A DNA stretch of 63,667 bases, the filler included, from Kipferlia bialata (Eukaryota): the NCBI GenBank assembly GCA_003568945.1. It is 3 parts of 3 records of this genome, joined end to end, with 100 filler letters (N's around TTAATTAATTAA, not from the genome) between each part and the next. Parts side by side here need not be neighbours in the genome. Positions count along the whole stretch, not along the records: positions 28,207 to 56,236 come from BDIP01000158.1; positions 56,337 to 63,667 come from BDIP01000175.1; 1 more part is not named here. One strand, 5' to 3'. This document shows, piece after piece, positions 53,401 to 63,667 of the stretch. The translations under genes and the position numbers were made by a program. The notes beneath the pieces are model-generated. The model was not told the origin of the DNA. It saw only the letters and a program-made list of their open reading frames with translations, and did not search any database. The stretch's first letter is position 1, and each line of letters starts with the position of its first letter.

Positions 53401-56169
53401 GAGGCAGGGGAGGACAACTCAACTGACAGTTAGAAATATATATATAGAGAGAGAGAGTATAGTAAGAGTCAGGGGCAGAGGCAGTGAAATACATACAATT
53501 ACAAATTTATACCAAAAATGAAATATATACAATATATACAAATATATACAATACCATAAACACAATATATGAAATTCATACAATTTACCAAATGCCTATA
53601 CAATCCATACCCGTTGGTGGTCCGAATATGCAGTGTGTCTTGCCACTCCCAGTCTGGCCATTGGCCAGGAAGTTGACATTGTAGCCTGATATAAGGGTCT
53701 AGAGAGAGAGAGAGAGAGAGAGAGAGAGCCAGGTCACGAAGTTGACATTGTAGCCTATGGGTTAGAAGTAAAACTATATATATTATTATATATATAGCAC
53801 TGTTTCTGAATGTACAGTATCCGTACCGTCCTGGAATGCCTGTACGAGATCCTCAATCTCGAGGATGTCATATGTATCAGCCTGGTCCTGACTGGGCTGG
53901 ATGACCTGGGGGTTAGTAACCATGTATACAGCATATATAGTATATCTAGATATATACTGACAATACAATCATAAATAATTCATATGGTTACCATTACCTG
54001 CCTGGGGTATGAGATACATAGATACTTTGACATATATACAGTGAACATGATTATATTATATATACGCACAGTGTGGGTATTTATGTATTTATGTATAACC
54101 ATACCTGTTTGGCGTATGATATAATCAAATAATGTATATATATATATATATATACACTGTAATATACCTGCTTGGCGTATGAGAATGTCCCCGAGGGCTT
54201 GCTGCCTGATAGGGTGAGAGATAGGGTTTGCACACACTATGTATATCACATATGTATGAATATAAATATAATATATACTATGATTACTTTGCAGAGAATG
54301 TCCCCGAGGGCTTGCTGCCTGATAGGATGAGACAATGGGGATAGAGAGNNNNNNNNNNNNNNNNNNNNNNNNNNNNNNNNNNNNNNNNNNNNNNNNNNNN
54401 NNNNNNNNNNNNNNNNNNNNNNNNNNNNNNCTACTATTGTATTGTGTCCATTGAGAATGTCCCCGAGGGCTTGCTGCCTGATAGGGTGAGACGAGGAGGG
54501 AACAGACATGTACAAACTTCATAAATATACATGAATGTAGAATGTGCCAGATGGCTTGCCTACTGTGGGTCAGTGAGTGACCATACAACACAACGCAGAA
54601 TGCACTTGTGTATATAAGCGAGTGAATTATAGCACACTAGACCATATTTCTGTCTCTAGGAGAGAAGGAATGTACACTGGACACTATAAACAACCTATGT
54701 ATACCTTGTACCGGAGCACTCTTCTTGGCCCCCTTACAGGGAGGGGGAATACATGTACTTCATTACCTTTACTACTCTTATGTGTACATTGAATCTGTGC
54801 ACCATTCTTCCTAGGTCCCGAAAAATATACATACTTCTTTAGTATACATACTAATATCTATGAGAGAGGGAGAGGGGTATGCTCCCTATAGCCTTACTAA
54901 CATACCTTGCACAGGTGCACTCTTCTTGCGTCCCTTCCGCCATGGTGGGGGTCCAGCAGAGTCTCCCTCCTTGGAGACAGGAATGGCAGCTACCTAAGGT
55001 AAAGAGTGGGTGAACTGTATATGATATAGCATATTTATATATATAGTCTGTATGCACTCCCATACCTCTCTCAGTGACACTGTGTCCTCATTGAATGTCA
55101 GAATATGGTTTGTGCAAATGTACATATATATTCAATGTACGATGTATTTGTATATCTCATAAAATTAGACATTTGTATATAATATATGTATGTAGATCTA
55201 CCTCTCTCAGTGCCACTGTGTCCTCGTTGAACGTGAGTGTGAGTGTGTGGTATGTGCATATACACTATAGGTACCACATTATTATCGCTCTATACATATA
55301 TATTCATATATTTACCCAAATACCTCTCTCAGTGGCACCGTGTCCTCATTGAATGTCGGTAGGATGTATATGAATACACGATACTTGTGATATATATCGT
55401 ATATATATATATCCTATTCACAATATCATACCTCTCTCAGTGCCACTGTGTCCTCGTTGAAGGTGAGTGTGTGGGATGATGTCCCCTGCTGGTGTCAATG
55501 TGTGGGATGTACAATGTATTTGTATATCTCATAGAATATACATGCATGAATATAATATAATGTATGTACCTCTCTCAGTGCCACTGTACCCTGCTGGTGT
55601 CAATGTGTGGGATGTAAATAGATGTCTACATACATAAATGTTCCTACATATATATATGTACCTGCTGGTGTCTGGTCTGCTCACCCCCACCCCCACCGGC
55701 ACCCAGGGGCTTGACCCTGATGTAAGAGAGAGATACACACACATTGTCTAGAGAAAGAGAGAGACACCAATGGAGAAAGAAGTACTACTTGCACCCAGGG
55801 GCTTGACCCTACAATATGAGAGAGAGCGAGAGAGAGAGAGAGAGAGAGAGAGACTATGCCACCTGGGCCTAGGGGCATAACCCTGAGATGAGAAAGGGAA
55901 ATAGGCGAATACGACTTCTATCCGACAGGTGAGAGTATATACATACGTATACACAAGAGAGAGAAACACATACATCAATTAGAGAGAGGGGGATACTGCC
56001 AGGTTAGTGGTGGGGGGGTTAAAGAGAGAGAAATATATATATATAGAGAGAGAGAGAAAGAGAGAGTGACACTATCATACCTAATGTAGACCTTGAAGGG
56101 TGTCTCCTTCCTCGGTGTGTGCTTTGTCATAGGCGGGACATTGGTGGATGGGTTGAGAGGGGCTGTCAT
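50410..56169 (-). CDS. Kinesin motor-domain protein, apparently lacking the end of the motor domain
   Basis: Spliced translation FKVYIRVKP..FSYAKQVIQPSQDQADTY..GYNVNFLANGQTGSGKTH (P-loop)..YGILPRA..RATRATGMNDTSSRSH (switch I)..FNFLDLAGAER (switch II)..EGMMNNFSLHTFDRL. Confidence 0.9.
51803..52718 (-). repeat. Array of partial exon copies around kinesin exon 52425-52497 (two 5'-half copies, five 3'-half copies)
   Basis: Repeated ISTVEARATRAT|GT units near 52327, 52202, 52073, 51952 and 51803; AG|VPLRSREAI units near 52560 and 52678. Confidence 0.93.
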
Positions 56170-56236
56170 GTTGTCTGTGAAAAGACAGAGAGAGAGAGGG
56201 GGGGGGGGGGGGAGGGCAGAGAGAAGGGGGCACGAT

Positions 56237-56336
56237 NNNNNNNNNNNNNNNNNNNNNNNNNNNNNNNNNNNNNNNNNNNNTTAATTAATTAANNNNNNNN
56301 NNNNNNNNNNNNNNNNNNNNNNNNNNNNNNNNNNNN
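56237..56336. other. Artificial contig linker N44-TTAATTAATTAA-N44
   Basis: Same structure as 28107-28206. Confidence 0.97.
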
Positions 56337-56384
<48 letters not shown>

Positions 56385-56387
<3 letters not shown>

Positions 56388-57134
56388 ATTCCACCAGGCA
56401 ACCTGAGGGAGAGAGTGAGAGAAAGGTAGAACAAGGATGGGGCGGGGGTTGGGGGGGGGGGGGCGAAGGGATAATGCAAGACACGGTAATTGTGTACACA
56501 CGAAACAGCGGAACATGCAGGATACAAGAACAAATAGAGAGTAAGGTCGGATTGGTACCGATGCAGATATGTACTGAGGAGTTTTCCTGCTGTGTGGCCC
56601 GCGAGACACCAGCAGTCACCACACACCCTACCTCAGTCTGGAAGTACTTGGAGTTGATGTCTCCGACCACAATGGCTCCATAGGCCATCTAGGGATGAGA
56701 TAGGTAGGGATGTATGGACAATAATCATACAACTGCAATAGTGCAAGTGACAGCGGATACTGCAACAGAGACTCAGTCAGATAGCCCCTAACAGCTCCGT
56801 ACCTTGTAGTATGCCCTGAGCAGCCTTGCGTACTGCTCCTGGCCACCAATGTCCCACAGCTGCACCCTAATGGGGGTGTCATCATCCAGCTTCATCATCA
56901 GGAAGGCAAACTCAACACCAATGGTCGACTTGTACTCCTCCTTGAAGATCTCGTACACCAACCGCTGGATCATGGAGCTGTGTGAGGCGTTGGAAGGGGC
57001 AGAAACAGCAAATATGTCCATAAGAAATGAAATGTGCAGAATACGTACGTCTTGCCGACTCCAGTGACTCCAACGACCAGGATCTTGAACAGGTAGTAGC
57101 CCGAGGAGGTCTCCCCATCCTCAGATTCGCTCAT
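56385..57134 (-). CDS. RAB32: Rab GTPase, Rab32/38/29-like, 3'-partial at contig end
   Basis: MSESEDGETSSGYYLFKILVVGVTGVGKTSMIQRLVYEIFKEEYKSTIGVEFAF..IRVQLWDIGGQEQYARLLRAYYKMAYGAIVVGDI. WDI(A/G)GQE and YYKxAxGA are Rab32-subfamily features; the subfamily is less certain than the Rab call. Confidence 0.75.
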
Positions 57135-57325
57135 CTTGCTGATTCTGTTCCAGCTTGAGGTAGAGAGGCTGACCTCACGGAAAAACACAAAAGGGTACAT
57201 AACAGAAGAGACGTTGGAATAACGGTATCAGTGATACCGTGTCACTCCTTCGGAGGTACAGAAACACAAATGAGCCACCACCACAGAAGTCAATAGCTCC
57301 AGCACTCTCGTATAGTGTACACTGT

Positions 57326-57501
57326 CTATTCCGTCTTCGGCCTGAGCAGTCTCTGGAGTCTAGAGCTATAGAGGCCAGCCACCTTGGCGGCTGTCGTCTC
57401 GGCCTCGACACCAGCAGACACAAACACCTCTCGCCGCCTCTCCTCGGCCTCCCTGGGTCCACCTGAAGGTAAGTATGTATATACATATGAGCGTAGTAAG
57501 A

Positions 57502-57543
<42 letters not shown>

Positions 57544-59215
57544 GGTCACGCCTCTCCTCTGCCTCCCTGGGTCCACCTGTCAGGCCAGTAACCAGTATAT
57601 GGTGTATAGTACATATATACCTGCCATGTCCTCTGGTTCTGTCTCAGGCAGAGACACACATGTCTCGGGGAGGCCCGCCTCCACAGCTAGTCTCTCCTCA
57701 TCCTGAGGTGTCAGTAAGACACACACACATATATACATATATATATATCAAATATAGACAGTTGTCATACCACTAGCTGGAGGTATATATCATAGTATAC
57801 CTGATCCTCTTCATCCAATAGCACCAGCTGTGGGGCACTGTCGTATGGCATGTGCTGGTGCAGCAGTGAGACATCAATAGAGCCAACGGCAGCAGACACA
57901 ATGCTCTCACGGCCTATGATTAGCAAATACAAACAAGAACCAAATACTAAGCACTAAAGACTAGGTATAAGATACTCTTGCAGTATGTAGTGTCACCCAC
58001 CTATGATGTCTGTGCCGAATGGCGACATGGCCCCGTGGTCTGCTGGCTTGCCCCTGGCAGAGGCACCTCCTGAGGGTAAGGGAACAGCAGATATATACAT
58101 ACAGTCATACATATATATACTAAATAGTATTATGTGTAGAGGTCACACTGGCAGAGACACCTCCTGAGGGTAAGGGTACACAGCATATACATATAATAAT
58201 GTCTCATGCATAATAATACAGTACTGGTGCCTCTTCCTACCTCTAGCTGTACTCTTTCCCTTGCCCTTGGAGGCAGTGCCAGTGGCAGAAGCAGGGGCCT
58301 CGCCTGGTATAAGGGAATATGTGGTTATCCACTAATATATATATACCAACACACAAATAAATATATATACAAATTACACATTGTATGTATACATACACAC
58401 ACACACACACATATATACATACCCGGCTGTGGCAGGGACAGAAGACACGCGACTGGTGACAGGGCATCCTCCCTGTTGAGCACAGCCAGCATGTTGTCCA
58501 CCGTACGACCGTTCTCTCTCTCCTCCTCTCCGTCCTCTCTCTTGGCCTGCTCCTCGGCCTCTCTCTCTGCCTGGGCCTGTGCAACGCGAGTTAAGGCACC
58601 TAGCACTGCCTCAGCCGCACTGTCTAATGGCTTGGTGACTGCAACAGCGATGCCAGGCTTGGAGGATAGGAGAGATAGACGCAGGGGTGGCAGGGACACT
58701 GGGACATAGCAACGGGGGTCGGAGCCGCCCTCAGCTGGGGCATGCCCAACCCTGGGGTGAGTATCAGGACTAGTGTTGTATATGCACTATATATATACAT
58801 ATATATACATACTCACTTTTCCTGAGTATGTATGATATACAATTCCCAACCTGAGTATGTACGATGTTGGTGCCCCTCCACTTGTGAGGGGTATGGGTGG
58901 GACAGACCCCAGGCCAGTGCGCAGGGAGTACACCTCGGGGTGCCTCAGCATCCTGGGTATCAGAAGGACAGAGAGATACACTGTATAAGACATGTATACT
59001 ATAAACACATAAATATAGACCTCGGGGTGCCTCAGCATCCTGAGATCAGAGACAACATGTGTACGAATACCTATGTGAAACACTATGTATTCACAGGGTG
59101 CCTCAGCATCATAGGCTAGGCTCTCTCTCTCCATATATATATACATGTATGATCAAGTGTCCCTTATACCTGCATGCCTGGTCCATCTGCCCCTTGCCCT
59201 ATGTACCCACACGTG

Positions 59216-59259
<44 letters not shown>

Positions 59260-62200
59260 CCCATACGTATATCAGTATACACATGCATCTCTACCTGCAT
59301 GCCTGGTCCATCTGCCCCTTGCCCTCCATCCCTGGCTCCATCTCTCCTTCATCCTCTGAGACAGACAGGTCAGGCAGCACACACACAGACACATCCAGTA
59401 TGGGAGAGGGGGATACACCCTCACTCTCACTGGTGCCCATGAACACTAGACCCTCAGAGTCAGGGGGCAGGGTGACAGAGAGAGAGAGGGTGGGGCTGGT
59501 CTGGGTCAGTGCCACATCTAGACCGGCAGCTGTGCCGCATATGGCCATATCCACACCCTGTCCACTGGACACACCCTCCCCTATCAGGTGCACTCTGTAT
59601 GCACTCTTGGGTACACAGTAGGGGGAGGCACCCACCAGCACAGCGAGTATCTCAGTCTCCTCCTCACATGATGGTAAGGGTACAGGTAGGGGTAGGGCAA
59701 AGGGACCTGGGGAGGGGTAGGCAGGGGTGTACCGGCCCTCAGCAGTCTTGGCGTATAGGTACACTGAGAGCGTAGCACCAGATACAGACAGTGCATCTAG
59801 GCAGGAGAAGGCGAGGGAGGAGGGGGACTGGGGTGAGGGTGAACACATCAGTCTTCATACTATGTATACTATGTACATATACGATTAATGCAATATATCT
59901 ACAGCAGGAGAAGGCGAGGGAGGAGGGGGACTGGGGTGAGTGCTAATCTATCTTAGGTATACCATATATTATACTCATGCACAACAAATCATGCTATATA
60001 TGTACAATATTTACCTTTGAAACAGTGACCCTTGCTGCACAGAGCATACCGGTCTCAGAGGGGTGGAGGGGGAGGCTCTTCTCAGCAGGGATGTCAACCA
60101 CATTGGATGCACCCTGTCCATACACATGCACCCCCCCTGCACTGCTGGCCCTGACCATCACACCAGACACCCAGGAGGTCTCTATGCAGAGGACACCCTG
60201 GAGTTAGAAGATTACACACAAGTACTAATAATACTAATTGTAGATAGAGATATAATGTACCCACCTGGTTCCCAGCAGGTATGGTGACACTCTGTACCCC
60301 CCTGGTGACCTTGACCCTACTCCCATTGGGCAGAGTGACTAGGGTGAGGGTCTCTCCCTCTCCCTCTAGTGCACTAGCAAGAGGGGGAACATCCTCCTCT
60401 GCCGCAGCACCCTTTAGTGCAGGTGGGTGTCTGAACTCTAGGTGGACAGGGCTGTTGGATATATGCATGTAGACATGGCTAGCCAGACCAGCACCCTCCA
60501 CCCCTTCACTCTCACACACACCCTTGGGCACGCACTGCACCACTGCACACTTAGCAGTCTCTCTCCCCCCTATAGTGCATAGTACTCTGTCCATCACACA
60601 CTCGAAGGCATCAACAGGGAGATAGAAGTCACATGGGTAGGAGTAAGCACTTCCGTCATCGGACTCCTCGCCTCTCTCCCTCTGCACCCTCAACTCTGTG
60701 TTTCTCTCTCTCTGGTAGGCTGTCTCGTCGAGTGCCTCCTCCAAAGATGCTGTCCAGGTGTTGGCATCACTGTTCAAGGGGACAGGGAGGGAGGGGAGGA
60801 AGATGCTGGGCTGGAGGGCGGTGCATGAGGCCCTGAGGCGTATGTAGACTGTGTCGCACTCGTCCTCGTCCTCTGCCCTGCCAAGCCTTGGGCCGGTGTG
60901 GAGGCCAAGGATGCCATAGCTGGTATGAGGACAAGTCGGAATGGAACAATTGTATCAATGCATATGTTATACGCTCAGTACACTGCCGTATCTGGTATAT
61001 GAGGATACAATGCACAGTATAGACAACTAATACTGTCATGTATATGTCCACGAGCGCATATACAAGAAGATAGCTGGTATGACAATATTCCGTACCCTAC
61101 TCCAACAGGCATTCCTAGTTCAGCTGCCCTGTCTGCTGTGACTGCCAGCCCCAGGGGTGTGTCTGATGACAGCACCCCCTGCACAGAGGACAGGGTGGGG
61201 GGGAGGGAGACCAGGCAGTCAAAGTGGCCAGAGGCCTGGGGTGAGGGAGACATAGGTACACACATACATACACACATGTATATACTAACACATTATTATC
61301 GATCAGAGACACTAGGCAGTCAGAGTGGCCAGAGGCCTGGGGTGAGGAAGGCAAATAGGCAAAGGTATACTATTCAATGTCACATAGAAGAATGAGTATA
61401 ATTTATATATATATATAGTACAGTTATACATATATACCTTCAGCAAGGATGCCATGCACATCTCAGGTGACAGGTCCTCCCCATAGAGTGCATGCATGGC
61501 TGTCTGGAGGGCAGAGCACCAGACAGGGGTGGCCTTGTCAATAGGATGACTAGTTAGTACCCTAGAGTAAGAGAAATAGTCATAAGTATGAATATATATA
61601 TAGTGTGATAATGTATAGGTATATCACCAGACAGGGGTGGCCTTGTCAATGGGGTGGGAGGTAAGGACCCTAAGGTAAGAGATATACACACATATATATA
61701 TATATATATATAGTGTGATGGAGAGAGTATATCACCAGACAGGGGTGGCCTTGTCAATGGGGTGGGAGGTAAGGACCCTTGTATAAGATGAATTGTGAGG
61801 CACAATACTACAGTCTATACCTGCCCTCTGCCTGTGTGGGTGGCACCACCACATGGCACACCCCAGGGTGGGCCTCTCTCTCTCCCTCTGCACCCTCTGC
61901 CTGGTCTGTCTCTCTCTCCCCCTTTCCAGGGATGCAGGGGAGCATGGGGGGGAGCATCACGTTGATGCCTGATACATTAGACTCAACTTGTACATATATG
62001 ACATTCAAAACCATACATATACCAGTAAAGGACACTGTCAATGTGACACCCTTGCCCGTGTGATATATATATATATATATATGAATAAGTAGACATTCAT
62101 ACAGACATATATATATTCACATACCTGTAGTGGACACTGGGCCCGTGTGATATATATATATATATATATACATTCATACACATATATATATATATATACC

Positions 62201-63286
62201 TGTTGTTGACACTGGGAATGTGACCCCCTTGCCCTTGTGGGCTGTGGTGCCCTTGGGGTCTGGCTTGGCCTTGCCCTTCTTGCCAGGGGCCTAGGGTGAA
62301 TATATATACATATCCATACATAGATAGCATGCATGAAAACATATGCATAAATATATGGAGCGAGTGAGTGGCTTGGCCTTGCCCTTCTTGCCAGGGGCCT
62401 GACGTTAAGGGTGTAGAGGGAGAGAGAGAGAGAGAGGGTATTGATTCTTCACACACATTCATCCTTCATAAATGAATACCCATTACCTGAGCCTCTGGGA
62501 CTGGGGTGTTGGCGAATATATAAGTATGATATCTAAACAACGTGTATATCACAATATATATCCAATACCTGAGCCTCTGGGACTGGGGTGTTGGGGAATA
62601 TGGCCTGGGCATCCAGCATGTCCTGGGGTCAGTGGCATATGTATATATATACTACATACATATATGCGTATATATATATAATGTCTAGGCTAGTTAGGCT
62701 CTTGCATCCAGCATGTCCTGGGGTCAGTGGCATGTCATTTACATCCAACACCCAATACTCTCTCTCTCTATAAATGAATATCCTTGAATATACAGAGAGA
62801 TAGAGTCACCATATACATACCTGTGCCACCAGCGCATCCAGTGCCAGACAGAGTGACTCTCTCTCTCTCTCACACACTAACACACACACAACCCCCTTCC
62901 CTCTCTCTCCCTATATATATACACACATATCTCTACCTGTGCCACCAGTGCATCCACTGCCAGATAGAGTGACTCGGCACCTGAGGGAGGGGGGAGGACC
63001 TGGGGTGAAGACACATGGGTATGAGTATATAGTACACAAAAATAGTAGAATACAAAAAATGTGACACAAAAACACACACACCTCCTGCAGCATCTCCTGA
63101 GCTGTCAGCACTCCTTGGGTGACTCTCTCTCCCTCTCTACATTCACATATCTACATGTACTCTTCCACCTCTCTCTCGATATATGTATATACACACCTCC
63201 TGCAGCATCTCCTGGGCTGTGAGCACTCCCTGGGTGGCAGAGGGGGGGAGGGAGGCCTCGTCCATAAGCAGTCTATCAGTGAGAGG

Positions 63287-63333
<47 letters not shown>

Positions 63334-63540
63334 ACTCGGCATTTATAGTGGTAGAGGGGACGGGAGGTCCCATCCATGCGGAGTCTATGAGGGAGTCTTC
63401 ATAGAGATAGTGAGTGCACATGAATACCTGGGTGGAAGCACACAGAACTTTGACCCGCTGACTGTGACTGTGGGTGCATCGCCAAAGGGTAGGTCAGCTG
63501 GGGTCACAGAGACACTGCCCTCACCGACACCCAGCAGAGG
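57326..63540 (-). CDS. Large hypothetical multi-exon gene, 5'-partial at window end
   Basis: Chain of GC-rich minus-strand exons (e.g. 59296-59835, 60265-60920, 58423-58752) with GT-AG borders and partial exon copies. Terminal exon ..SSRLQRLLRPKTE* with stop at 57326-57328. No domain recognised. Confidence 0.65.
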
Positions 63541-63667
63541 CTGAGAGTCAGTATACACGTACATAGATACAAACAAGTAGATAGATAGAGAGGGAGGGAG
63601 AGGGGGGGGGGGGGATGAATGTGGGCATGTTTCTGTTCCATTGAACACACGTTGTTGTGTATCTTTC

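Overview
Eukaryotic, very intron-rich protist DNA. It comprises three unrelated contigs (1-28106, 28207-56236, 56337-63667) joined by artificial N44-TTAATTAATTAA-N44 linkers. The short exons, (TA)n/(CT)n-filled GT-AG introns, pentapeptide-repeat gene and bacterial-type glycerol dehydrogenase suggest an anaerobic metamonad such as the fornicate Kipferlia bialata (inference, not searched). Genes were reconstructed by hand exon-by-exon, because the ORF track is mostly noise. Contig 1: class I sirtuin with a ~190-aa acidic insert, a 6xC2H2 + PHD + SET protein, and GINS Sld5. Contig 2: hypothetical and beta-propeller genes, a gene fragment, gldA with 10 introns (one apparently GT-TG), a RecQ helicase, a pentapeptide-repeat protein and a kinesin. 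Contig 3: a Rab32-like GTPase and a large hypothetical gene. The most striking signal is that, in microsatellite-rich genes, most exons are flanked by ordered arrays of partial copies of themselves: 5' halves with their AG upstream, 3' halves with their GT (or stop codon) downstream. These non-coding copies differ from the working exon mostly by synonymous changes, including Arg CGC/AGG and Ser AGY/TCN switches, as if introns store fragments of other functional alleles. Haplotype mis-assembly is the main alternative explanation to exclude.
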